A stretch of DNA of 64,000 nucleotides from Deltaproteobacteria bacterium (GTDB taxonomy: Bacteria > Myxococcota_A > Polyangia > Fen-1088): the NCBI GenBank assembly GCA_033763315.1, contig JANRKS010000029.1:32001-96000 (forward strand), read 5' to 3'. Of this stretch, positions 46,512-55,651 are shown piece by piece; position 1 is the stretch's first letter, and each line of letters starts with the position of its first letter. The position numbers and the translations under genes were made by a program. The notes beneath the pieces are model-generated. The model saw only the letters and a list, made by a program, of their open reading frames with translations. It did not search any database and was not told the DNA's origin.

Positions 46512-49259
46512 CTAATTCATCACCAGCGTCAGGTCGAACACGAGCTGGCCTGTCGTTCCGCTTGGCCACGCCTCGTGCAGCACGCCGGTGGCATTCGCGA
46601 ACTGACCGGTTCCGTCAACGATGAGGCCACGGCGCTTGCCGAAGTATCCCTCTTGTTGTGGCAACGCCGCACCCGCCTCATCGGGCACCACATGCAGCGT
46701 GCCCGCCCCCGCGATGGTGAGCGTCCATTGCGCCCCCGGTTGTGCTTTATCGTCGGGCGCCATCGAAGCGCCCGCCATGCCAGTGACCTCGCCATGTTCG
46801 TCGCGCAGCTTGCCCAAGAACACCCGCACGTCGGCCAGCGCCGGATCGGTCAATGGTCCAAGGCTTCGTGGATAGGGCGCAACGCCCGTACGGCTGCCAC
46901 CTGTGCTGTACACAACGTCGTGGTTCATGTTCACCACGAAGGTGCGCTTGACCAAACGCCACGCCAGCTCGCGGTTGAGGCGCCGCCTGCAACGTGGGGG
47001 AAGTCCCAACTGTTGCGCTTGCGGCGGACCGCTAACGTCAGTGGCCTTTGCGTGCACCAACGCCAACTCATAACGTGAGTCCGCAACGATGTCGGTGTGC
47101 GGTGGCACTTCTTTTAAGATATTGAACTCGCGGAACGCGCCCACGACGTCGGCAAACGCACCCGTGCCGCCATGGATGATGCCGCGGCTTCCCGATAAGG
47201 GTCCGAGTGTGTGGTTGATCTCGCGCTGACCGCGCCACGCTTGCCCCGTTTTTGCGACCTCATTTTGCAACTCCGCCAGATCGGGGCCACCCTCCACTTG
47301 CCCCAAAAACAAGGTTCCGCGGCCGGGAAACGTCAACGACCAGTCAGTGAATGCATCAATGGCCGTCCTTGTGACCGCGCCCTTCGTGAGAATCACGGTC
47401 TCCACCTGGCTGCCGATGCCGATCACGCGGCCGGCGCCATCTCGAATGCGAGTGAGGTTCACGAACCCCCGCTTGATGGCAAGCTCAGACAACACAGAGA
47501 TGTCTTTGGGGTGAAAGGGGATGTGGCCCAAGGCCCCATGTGTTTGCACGATGTTATCGGGCACCCATGAGCAGTGGTACGTTTCTTGGGTCACCGTGGC
47601 TTCGCCCGTAGCGGCTCGCAAACCCGTCAAGAGTTGCGGGAAGAGCTGCAGCTTCTCAACGTCACCAGCCACAGCGTTGCCGGCCAAGGCGCGCCCTGGC
47701 GAAAGAAACGGTTGGTTGCGCAAGATCGAGGGACGCCAAGGCCAGATCCACAGCATCACCGCCACAATGAAAAGCACGAACCAGCCAAGTTTGGCGGCCA
47801 TCATTTTGAACACGCCACCGGGTTTGCGTACGTCGGGTAAAAACGCAGCCATGCCAGCGTAGGTTTCGAATAGAGTGCCCAAGAACAAGCGGTAAAAACC
47901 GGTTTGTGCGCGCACCTGCTGCCATTTGTTGCGAGCGTTGGTCACCTGGAAGGTCAGCAACTGGCTGGCGAAGTCTTTCGGCAAGATATGCAAGATGCCG
48001 TGGCCCCACACGGGGGCGGCATCGTTGGGGCCGTCGTAAACGGTGATGTACAACGTTGTTGTGTCTGGCCACACATCAACGCCGGGATCGTCGCGGATCA
48101 CCTTGAAGCCATCGAAGAAAAACACGCGGCCGCTGTCTGCCAACAACTGCATGCGGTACTTCATGCGGCGCGAACCATCCGCTTGATCCACGAACAAGTT
48201 GAAGTCACCTCCCGCCACAAGCAGTGGGTTTGGATCCAAAGCCGGCGCCACAACGGTTCCCACCGATCGCGCAGGGTGTTGCGGATCGCGGCCCATGGCG
48301 TCCACGTTGTCTGTGGCCAACGTCAACACGAATACAAGTGGCGAGCCGTGTTGTTTGCCGAGCCGAAAACCCGCGTCGTATGTGCCCGCGGCCTTTGCCT
48401 GATCTGAGACGTATCCCGTCATGGCTTCGGTGAAGCGAAGGCCCGCCGCCACGGGTGGGGCTGGCGCGGGCAACGGGCCGTCTTCTACATGTATGGGCTT
48501 GCCAAGGCTGGCCAGCCACAGCGCCGCTTGCCGCTCTGCGATCCCAGCCATCGTGAGCGTGGGACACACGCCCAGTTCGGGCGCACACAGCGCTCGCCCA
48601 GCGACCAACAGATGAGCGTGCACATCAATGCCGGTGCCCAAGAACACGCGGCCCTGATCATCGGTGACGCCTGCCGCGCCTGTATCCGCCATCAAGCAGC
48701 TGACACCGCCCGAGGCGTTCATGCCCGTGCTTTTCAGCCACGCACCGCTGGCGCTGCCTTCGGCCACCACAACATCCGTCGCCGTGACGTAAAGCGCAGG
48801 CGCGTCGTAGCGTTCACGGCCAACCCCTTCGATCTGAAACGTCAACTTAAAGCCGCGCGCGTGCGGCTGCAGCGTTTGTGAGACGAAGCCCACGAACGCC
48901 TGCGCCCCGCGCGCCACCGCATCGGCAAGGTACACGCCGGTCAGGGCTTGTTCGTTGTTGGCGCCGGCCTTGGCAAACCGCGACGCACGCGCGAGGCCCG
49001 CGGCCAGTCCCGTCACGTCGGCGCGCAACTTCGTGGGCAGCGCCTTGTGTTCGAACACTGAAGGTTCATGTGCAAACGGCCAGGCGGCTTGTGCGGGCTC
49101 GTGGCCCAGCGTGCTTTGGCGTTCGAACAGCGCCACTTTGCAGCCCACGGCGGCCGCGCGTGCCGCAAGAATGGCAGCCCCCAATCCCGAGCCGAGGACG
49201 ACGACGTCGTAGTGGGGGGCAAGTGAGGTGGGGTTGTGTGGCGTTGGCAAGATCGTCAT
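46512..49259 (-). CDS. Chimeric membrane protein: degenerate GMC domain, GMC-associated FTExMxG domain, TM helix and two tandem dirigent/AOC-like barrels
   Basis: YDVVVLGSGLG...FER; GVTDDQGRVF...GVCPTLTMAGIAER; GLRFTEAMTGY...DTTTLY; a TM helix; and an internal duplication containing GGTGAF and DGTGQF. Confidence 0.75.
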   Translation of the reverse strand: MTILPTPHNPTSLAPHYDVVVLGSGLGAAILAARAAAVGCKVALFERQSTLGHEPAQAAWPFAHEPSVFEHKALPTKLRADVTGLAAGLARASRFAKAGANNEQALTGVYLADAVARGAQAFVGFVSQTLQPHARGFKLTFQIEGVGRERYDAPALYVTATDVVVAEGSASGAWLKSTGMNASGGVSCLMADTGAAGVTDDQGRVFLGTGIDVHAHLLVAGRALCAPELGVCPTLTMAGIAERQAALWLASLGKPIHVEDGPLPAPAPPVAAGLRFTEAMTGYVSDQAKAAGTYDAGFRLGKQHGSPLVFVLTLATDNVDAMGRDPQHPARSVGTVVAPALDPNPLLVAGGDFNLFVDQADGSRRMKYRMQLLADSGRVFFFDGFKVIRDDPGVDVWPDTTTLYITVYDGPNDAAPVWGHGILHILPKDFASQLLTFQVTNARNKWQQVRAQTGFYRLFLGTLFETYAGMAAFLPDVRKPGGVFKMMAAKLGWFVLFIVAVMLWIWPWRPSILRNQPFLSPGRALAGNAVAGDVEKLQLFPQLLTGLRAATGEATVTQETYHCSWVPDNIVQTHGALGHIPFHPKDISVLSELAIKRGFVNLTRIRDGAGRVIGIGSQVETVILTKGAVTRTAIDAFTDWSLTFPGRGTLFLGQVEGGPDLAELQNEVAKTGQAWRGQREINHTLGPLSGSRGIIHGGTGAFADVVGAFREFNILKEVPPHTDIVADSRYELALVHAKATDVSGPPQAQQLGLPPRCRRRLNRELAWRLVKRTFVVNMNHDVVYSTGGSRTGVAPYPRSLGPLTDPALADVRVFLGKLRDEHGEVTGMAGASMAPDDKAQPGAQWTLTIAGAGTLHVVPDEAGAALPQQEGYFGKRRGLIVDGTGQFANATGVLHEAWPSGTTGQLVFDLTLVMN

Positions 49260-49269
49260 AAAAGCCCTC

Positions 49270-50880
49270 CTAAATCGCGGGATCAGCCGCGGTGCGTTCG
49301 CGGCCGTGGATCATCCAGAACGCCACGCGTTCGGCCACCGCGCCAATGGTCAAAGATGGATTCACACAAAGCGCAGCAGGAATGGACGCGCCATCGGCCA
49401 CGTAAAGGCCAAGGTGGTTCCACACCTGCCCGCGGTGATCCACAACAGAATCTTGTGGCGTGGATCCCATGCCACAACCGCCCAGCGGGTGCGCTGTGAG
49501 CAACTTTCGCAGCGGCCAGCGCCACAACAAACTTGTGACGTAACGCCCACCCGCCGCCTCCGAGATCTTCTTCATCGCCGCTTCCATTTGCGCAAACATT
49601 TGGCGGCTGTTCTTGTGGTTCCAGTCGAGGTCTAAGAACTTGTCGCGCAACACCAACTCGCCATCGGCGGCGTCGGAGCCCATGCCCAGGTACGGAAGAA
49701 AATGCGCGGTGCGCGCGCCTTTGAGCAGATCAGCGATCTCGTCACTCACGCGGCTCGATTGGGTGCCTCGTCGCAGCGAGCGTAGCCCGTAAGCGCGCAC
49801 AACCGTCCAGATTCGCGCCAACCAACTGCGACGCGGAGGCAGAGCGCCTTCCAAAAACCACAACATTTGATCGGGCAAGCCTAGATCTTCGATGTGAATC
49901 GTGTGTTCGTTGGTCGAACAATCCGCGATCGCCGAGATGCTGGGCGCGTATGCGGGATCCACGGTGTTTGGAACGTCCATCGCGCCGGCAAACAAAAAAT
50001 CGCCATTGCCAGAGAATCCCTTGCCAAGCCGCGGGCTCAGCTGCGGCAGCGTGCGAGCCACATCGCGGCTGCGCAGGAGGATTTCGTTGGTGCCCAAGGT
50101 GCCTGCAGCCAACACAACTTCGGTGGCGAACAACACGCCGGGCTGCGTGGGCTTGGCTTTGGCTTCTTCGATGTTGGTGTAGTGCACCTCATAGCCACCA
50201 CCCGTGCGCGGCGCCAGATGACTGACCTTGGTGAGCGGCCGGACCTTCAATCCAAATTTACGTTCGGCTTCGGCGATGTATGTGACGTCGAGTGAATTCT
50301 TTGCCTGCACATGGCAGCCCAACAAACAGTTGCCGCAATAGGTGCAAGCCGATTGTGTGACGCCTGCAAAGTTCGTGCGGTCGGCACCTGTATAGACGGC
50401 GATGTCCAGCAGGTGTGGCTTACGGCCCGCCGCTTTGGCGGCATCCATGAACGTGGTGGTGCGCGGGGGCATTGCTTTACCCTGTGGTGGCACCAAAGGC
50501 TTTGAATCCAAGCGCGCCTGGACAAGATCGTAATAGAGATCCAGCGTGGCGCGTGACAGCGGCCGCGGAAAGTGCTTTTCGATCAACGCCGCCGGCGTGC
50601 GGACGTGAACGTTGAAGTAGTGCAGCGAACCGCCGCCCACGCCCACACCCTGAATGACGTCCATGTTTTTGAATGCGCGGTACTCGAGGAACCCGGGCGA
50701 TTTTCCCTCTTCCCAGAACCCGCGTGCCGCGCGGCCGATCGTGCGCGGAAATTCGTCTTTGGCCCAGCGCCGCCCTTGCTCCAGCAACAATACTTTGCGC
50801 CCCGCTTGCGAAAGCCGGTGGGCCGTGATGGCCCCGCCAAAGCCCGAGCCGATGACGATCACATCGAACACGTCGCTCAT
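49270..50880 (-). CDS. GMC oxidoreductase (cholesterol-oxidase-like)
   Basis: IGSGFGG, GVGGGSL, CTYCGNCLLGC, KNSLD, LAAGTLGT, FSGNGD, TAHPLGGC and VADG...VNPSLTI. Confidence 0.92.
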   Translation of the reverse strand: MSDVFDVIVIGSGFGGAITAHRLSQAGRKVLLLEQGRRWAKDEFPRTIGRAARGFWEEGKSPGFLEYRAFKNMDVIQGVGVGGGSLHYFNVHVRTPAALIEKHFPRPLSRATLDLYYDLVQARLDSKPLVPPQGKAMPPRTTTFMDAAKAAGRKPHLLDIAVYTGADRTNFAGVTQSACTYCGNCLLGCHVQAKNSLDVTYIAEAERKFGLKVRPLTKVSHLAPRTGGGYEVHYTNIEEAKAKPTQPGVLFATEVVLAAGTLGTNEILLRSRDVARTLPQLSPRLGKGFSGNGDFLFAGAMDVPNTVDPAYAPSISAIADCSTNEHTIHIEDLGLPDQMLWFLEGALPPRRSWLARIWTVVRAYGLRSLRRGTQSSRVSDEIADLLKGARTAHFLPYLGMGSDAADGELVLRDKFLDLDWNHKNSRQMFAQMEAAMKKISEAAGGRYVTSLLWRWPLRKLLTAHPLGGCGMGSTPQDSVVDHRGQVWNHLGLYVADGASIPAALCVNPSLTIGAVAERVAFWMIHGRERTAADPAI

Positions 50881-52004
50881 GCCTTTGCCGCCCGTTGCAG
50901 GAACTGGCGGATCAAGGGGAATACTTCTGTGTCGCAGTCTTTGCCCATAAACACGTCTTGGTGGCCATAGTCGGGGATCTCGTGGTACTCGTAGCCGCCG
51001 ATGCCTTTTTGGGCGATCCGTTGCGCGGTCAATTTGTTCGAGCCGGGAAAGATGTGGTTGCGCTCGCCCGACAACAGCAGCGTTGGCACCACCACTTCGC
51101 CCACGTTGTCGATGTAACGCGTGGGCAAGTGCTGGTGCTCAGGCTTGCGGCTATAGCGGCCAAACGTATTGTCATTGAACACGGCGTGCCTGACGTTGCG
51201 AAAGTACGGCATCGCAATAGGGCCAAACAGTTCCGTCAAACGATCGTGGGTTTCGGCAGCCATCTTTTCGTGCGTGAACACGGCGGGGAAGCCGTCGCCC
51301 CACAGGAAGCTCACCAAATTGCAAGCGGGGTTGTTGCATTCGAGGTGAATCAAGTTTACGGCCTTGGCCAGCAAGCGGCCGATGAATGGCGCGGGCACAT
51401 CCGGATCCCCCCAGCGCGGGTCCACCAATCGCAGCCGCAGCACTGAATCCACCAAAAAAGGCGCACACACAAGTTTGGCGGCGGCCCACGGGTGAACGCA
51501 TGGGTTCAATGAAACGCTGTTGGAAACCACGCTTGTGATGCCGCTGACTGATTTGCCGTAAAGCGCGTGGTGGAAGGTGACTGAGCCCAAGCAGTGGCAA
51601 ATCACGTGCAAACGCGCGTCCCCGATGCTGCGGCGGATAAACTCAACGATTGTGGGCCAATCGCTTGTGCCCACTTCATCAAACGTATAGTTGCCCTGCG
51701 TGTTGAACGCATAGTGGGCGCTCATGCGAAAGTCCGCCAAGAACACGTCATAGCCTTGATCGTGCAGATAGGCGGCAAGGTTGTAATGCTCGGGCATCAC
51801 GAACATATCTGACGAGGTCGTCAGGCCATGAATCAGTAAACAGGTGTCTTTGGCTCCCGGTTTCGCGAGCCGTGACACTGAGATCTGCAAGCCATCAGGC
51901 GTCGTCAACGGATGCAGCGTGGTTTGTAAGGCCCCGCTTGTGCGTGTTTGCACCGTGTAGATGCGGTCTTTCATTACCGGTGAAGCGGATGCAGAGGAAG
52001 TCAT
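50877..52004 (-). CDS. Alpha/beta hydrolase with Cys at the nucleophile elbow (family associated with cholesterol oxidases)
   Basis: LLIHGL, DFRMS, HVICHCLGS and YGHQDVF; ATGA overlap with the downstream GMC gene. Confidence 0.85.
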   Translation of the reverse strand: MTSSASASPVMKDRIYTVQTRTSGALQTTLHPLTTPDGLQISVSRLAKPGAKDTCLLIHGLTTSSDMFVMPEHYNLAAYLHDQGYDVFLADFRMSAHYAFNTQGNYTFDEVGTSDWPTIVEFIRRSIGDARLHVICHCLGSVTFHHALYGKSVSGITSVVSNSVSLNPCVHPWAAAKLVCAPFLVDSVLRLRLVDPRWGDPDVPAPFIGRLLAKAVNLIHLECNNPACNLVSFLWGDGFPAVFTHEKMAAETHDRLTELFGPIAMPYFRNVRHAVFNDNTFGRYSRKPEHQHLPTRYIDNVGEVVVPTLLLSGERNHIFPGSNKLTAQRIAQKGIGGYEYHEIPDYGHQDVFMGKDCDTEVFPLIRQFLQRAAKA

Positions 52005-52013
52005 AGACCCGCC

Positions 52014-53111
52014 TTAAAGTGAAAGGTTCCGCCGCAACAGCGTGCGCATAAGAAACACCGAAGAAAACGCCAACGCGAGCTCAAGCACCAGCAACGTCGG
52101 ACCCAGGCGCCCCGCGTCCGTATAGACACGAATCACGGGGCCAAGCACAAAGCCTAAGAACGCGGCGAACCAAAGAGTGGATGGGTTCTTCTTGTAAAAG
52201 CGTCTGCCCGCTTCGACGTAAAGCAATGCCATCAAGATCGATGTGGCCCCAATTCGAGGCGAAGTCTGCGCGTCAATCATGCTTTGCAGCAGGTAGACGG
52301 CGGCGATGACCAAGCAGCCAACCCCAGCCGTCGTCAGCAGGCGGTGAACGAAAGGTTCGGCGTGGGGGGCATCCAGTGCGCCTGGTGTGTTGCCCACAGC
52401 CCAGCTAGCAAGCCACTTGAGCGCCCATCCGATGACGACCATCTCAAGCATGGCGCCAATCAATAAAGATGAGCTGCCCGTCATCAGCTTCGTGCTCGCT
52501 CCATGAATAAACATGGGCAAAGCCGCGGCACACAACACCAGCACGCCCGCCCACATCTTCCTGCGTCCCACTTTTCCTGCCAGCGGGTTGGCGCGCAAAA
52601 ATACCATCGTGCACGCCAAAACCAACAGTGTTTGCAGCGCGTACCCGAGCAGTGGTCGCGTGGTAAACAAACCATGCGAGGGCGCAAACGCATCGAACAC
52701 GAAAGGCGGACCGACAGGACGGGCGGTGTTCGTGGGCCACAAAGTCAGATCGGCATCGTGCACCAGGAAATCAAGGACCCAGTGTCCAACCACCGCCGCC
52801 CCGACAGCGAAAGCCACGGCGCGTTCGCGGTAGGCCATAAACACAAGCAATGACACACCGAGCGCCAGCACCACGGTGCTTGCGAGCGCGTGGGAGATGG
52901 GCTGCAACAGCAAATGTTGGTTGCCGATGTAGTTAAACGGTACGTCCACTCGAACGATTTCAAGCGGCGCTTGCGCGGGCGTGCGCAGCAGGTTGAAGGC
53001 CACCCACAAGACATCCGGCAAAGCGGCGGCGAACAGCAACAAGGGCAAGGGCGCCCGCGGAAAGCGGCCTTTGATGAAGAGGCCCGTCGATAGATGTCCA
53101 ATGGCGGTCAC
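52014..53111 (-). CDS. Membrane-bound metal-dependent hydrolase-like protein (YdjM-like motifs) with extra C-terminal TM helices
   Basis: GTG start overlapping the upstream TGA (GTGA); IGH, ALPD, ISHAL and HWVLDFLVH motifs; about 10 TM segments. Confidence 0.68.
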   Translation of the reverse strand: MTAIGHLSTGLFIKGRFPRAPLPLLLFAAALPDVLWVAFNLLRTPAQAPLEIVRVDVPFNYIGNQHLLLQPISHALASTVVLALGVSLLVFMAYRERAVAFAVGAAVVGHWVLDFLVHDADLTLWPTNTARPVGPPFVFDAFAPSHGLFTTRPLLGYALQTLLVLACTMVFLRANPLAGKVGRRKMWAGVLVLCAAALPMFIHGASTKLMTGSSSLLIGAMLEMVVIGWALKWLASWAVGNTPGALDAPHAEPFVHRLLTTAGVGCLVIAAVYLLQSMIDAQTSPRIGATSILMALLYVEAGRRFYKKNPSTLWFAAFLGFVLGPVIRVYTDAGRLGPTLLVLELALAFSSVFLMRTLLRRNLSL

Positions 53112-54808
53112 GCGCGGGCTCCGTTCTTGTGGTTCTCGATCACGCGGTCTGCAAAGCGGTTGGCAAGCGCGGCAATGGTGAGGCTGGGATTCGGACCCAC
53201 GGGCCCCGGCATCACAGCGCCGTCGGCCACAAACAAGCCGGGGCAGCCAAAGACTTCGCCGTGATCGTCCACCACGCCTTCGTCTTTGTGGCGGCCCATC
53301 GGGCAACCGCCAAGCGCGTGCACGGTGATCAATCGCTTGAACAACCAGGTGGGGTTGTCACGAAAGTGTCCACCCATTTCACGCGCGAGCAGCTTCATGT
53401 GATCGCGCACCCGCTCAAAGAACGCCGATGAGGCTTTTGAGTTCCAGTTAGAATCAAGATAGCCCTCGTCGTTCAAGAACAACTTGCCATCGGGCACGTC
53501 CCGCCCCATGCCAAGCATCGGCAATGAACTCATCGTTAAATCGTTGCCACCCAAGAGGTGCGCCACTTGGGCGCTCATTGACGTGTCTTTCGAAAGCCCC
53601 AAGGCATGCTTGATGAGCTCCCACACGAACGCAAAGCCCAAACGCGTTTTGGTGACCGCTAAATAGGATTCGGTGACCCAACTCAGGAACGCGGGGAAGC
53701 CGGCGTCTTCAATGTAAGCCCCGCGACCGGTGGCGCCCGTGCCATCCACGGCGTCAGGCAAGCGCACGCGGCTTGTGATCACGGGACCGCGGTTTGGATC
53801 CACCACCCGAGGTCTGCCATCGCTGGTGCGGCTGGAAAGGGCCATGCCCAAGATGTCGCCGTTGCCACAAAATTGCGTCCCCAGTTTCGGCAAATCAGCT
53901 TTGAGGCCGGCTTTGTTCTTGAGCATCAGGTGAGTGCTGCCCATCGCGCCCGCCGAAAGCACCAATTGCTTGCAGGTGATGGTGAGGCGAGGCGCGTTGT
54001 CGGGCGTTTTCTCCGCTGCAAAATCGTGTGCCACATATTCAACCTGAAAGCCGCCGCCCGAGCGAGGCACGAACGTGCGTACATCAGCACCCGTGACGAT
54101 GTGCAAACCCAATTGTTTGGCTTGGGACAGATACGTGTGATCGAGGGAATTTTTGCTGCCGTAGTTGCAGCCCACATCGCATTCGCCGCACAAGCGGCAC
54201 GAGTACCGCGTTCGCCCATGCAGGTTTTCGTGCAGCCTGCCGGCGTTGATCGGCTCGCCGTTGAAGTGACCTTCTTCGGCGAACGACACCGCCAGCGGCA
54301 GGCACTCGTGATCCAATCCCGCGCGCTTGGCGGCCGCCGCGTATTCGCGGGTCTTCGGCGTCAACTTCACCAAGTGCGGCGGGTAAACCTGCACGCCGAT
54401 GTGCTGTTCCACTTGATCGTAATGGGGATCCAGATCTTGCCGCGTGACAGGCCAGTGTTCGTACGTGCCTTCGCTGTGGTCATGCACGAACCACTTTTCG
54501 TCCTTGCGGATGAGCACGTTGGCGTAGATCAAAGAGCCGCCGCCCAACCCGCTGGCGGCAAGCGCGTTGAGCTTCTCGAACTCCCACACGTGGTACATGC
54601 CGTACAGGCCTTCTTTGGGCTCCCAGAAGTTCTTCGCCAACTCGTAAGGCGTGCGCGGAAAGCTTCCAGGTGCGAAGGCCTTGCCCCGCTCAAGCAGGCA
54701 TACGTTCAGGCCCGCTTGCACAAGCCGGTAAGCCATGACGGAGCCGCCAAAACCCGATCCAACAACAACCGCGTCGAAATGGCTGCCTGTGAAGGTGTCG
54801 CTCATCAA
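53108..54808 (-). CDS. GMC oxidoreductase (cholesterol-oxidase-like)
   Basis: VGSGFGG, GLGGGSLIYANV, CRLCGECDVGC, KNSLD, GNGD, ITVHALGGC and VADG...PNPSLTI. Confidence 0.92.
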   Translation of the reverse strand: MMSDTFTGSHFDAVVVGSGFGGSVMAYRLVQAGLNVCLLERGKAFAPGSFPRTPYELAKNFWEPKEGLYGMYHVWEFEKLNALAASGLGGGSLIYANVLIRKDEKWFVHDHSEGTYEHWPVTRQDLDPHYDQVEQHIGVQVYPPHLVKLTPKTREYAAAAKRAGLDHECLPLAVSFAEEGHFNGEPINAGRLHENLHGRTRYSCRLCGECDVGCNYGSKNSLDHTYLSQAKQLGLHIVTGADVRTFVPRSGGGFQVEYVAHDFAAEKTPDNAPRLTITCKQLVLSAGAMGSTHLMLKNKAGLKADLPKLGTQFCGNGDILGMALSSRTSDGRPRVVDPNRGPVITSRVRLPDAVDGTGATGRGAYIEDAGFPAFLSWVTESYLAVTKTRLGFAFVWELIKHALGLSKDTSMSAQVAHLLGGNDLTMSSLPMLGMGRDVPDGKLFLNDEGYLDSNWNSKASSAFFERVRDHMKLLAREMGGHFRDNPTWLFKRLITVHALGGCPMGRHKDEGVVDDHGEVFGCPGLFVADGAVMPGPVGPNPSLTIAALANRFADRVIENHKNGARA

Positions 54809-54923
54809 TTGCCCCTGGTGAAGAAGTGAAACGGCAACTGCCGGCGTTCTTCCCAGGCGATTGCTTCAACCCGCCCCCCGCACCACCCTTCGCCGCGAAA
54901 CACAACCACCAGCAACGGCGCCC

Positions 54924-54953
54924 TTTATACGCGCGTCAACGCGCATAGCGCAA
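54924..54953 (-). promoter_or_regulatory. Possible sigma70 promoter of the GMC operon
   Basis: The minus strand reads TTGCGC-N18-TATAAA, about 115 nt upstream of the first GMC start. Confidence 0.3.
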
Positions 54954-54985
54954 GCGCATTGCGCAACGGTGCGGGCCCGCGAACG

Positions 54986-55651
54986 TTAGCGCGGCGGCTT
55001 TGGATTATTCGCAGCGCCGGGTGCGGTCTTGTGCGTCCACGCCCCGGGGGGCAGCTTGGGCGCCACCTTGTGCTCGCGTTGCCACTTACCAGCGCCATAA
55101 AAACGGGGGTACAAGTCTTTGTGAAACGCCGAATAGTAGGGCCACGCTGTCCAGAAGGAGGCGTCGTAGTCACCCTGCCAATGCAGCCACGGCCCCACCA
55201 TCACGAACTGCGGGCTCCACGGATCGAAGGCGTGGTGATGGCCGCCTGTCATAAAGCACCAGCCGCCACCAGGCACGGGATGGGTGCCGTAATAGGCTTG
55301 CGTTTGGCCGTCGAAGCCGAAGTCCCGCGGATCGCCGACGAAGCGATAACAATCTTTCGCGAACACAAACAAACGCGCGTCGAGCGGCGGATAAAAGTGT
55401 GTATGGCGGCCGGGGGCGTTGTCCCACGCGGGCCCGGCGGCAGCTGTGGTGTCCACCGGATGGGGGCCATCGTAACAGTAGCCGCCGTTGGGCAGCTTCA
55501 CGGGCGGGCCTTCCGCGTTCGCAGGCACGGGGGCATTGCAGGGCGCCACGGGCCCCGCATCCGGCGTGGTCTGGGCGCGCGCGCTGCCAGCCACCCAAAC
55601 CCAAACCGAAGCGGCAAGAATGACCAAACCGAAACCGACTCCGGCGCGCAT
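54986..55651 (-). CDS. Exported His/Tyr-rich hypothetical protein
   Basis: Signal peptide from ATG 55651 (the ORF extends to 55735); repeated Y..GPHPV, YYGTHPVP and GGxC...G.H.H motifs. Confidence 0.7.
   Translation of the reverse strand: MRAGVGFGLVILAASVWVWVAGSARAQTTPDAGPVAPCNAPVPANAEGPPVKLPNGGYCYDGPHPVDTTAAAGPAWDNAPGRHTHFYPPLDARLFVFAKDCYRFVGDPRDFGFDGQTQAYYGTHPVPGGGWCFMTGGHHHAFDPWSPQFVMVGPWLHWQGDYDASFWTAWPYYSAFHKDLYPRFYGAGKWQREHKVAPKLPPGAWTHKTAPGAANNPKPPR

Noticed and set aside
46512-49259. Chimeric gene as a pseudogene
   Set aside because: It is an uninterrupted 915-aa frame with intact downstream domains and operon spacing, so it was treated as a pseudoenzyme fusion instead.
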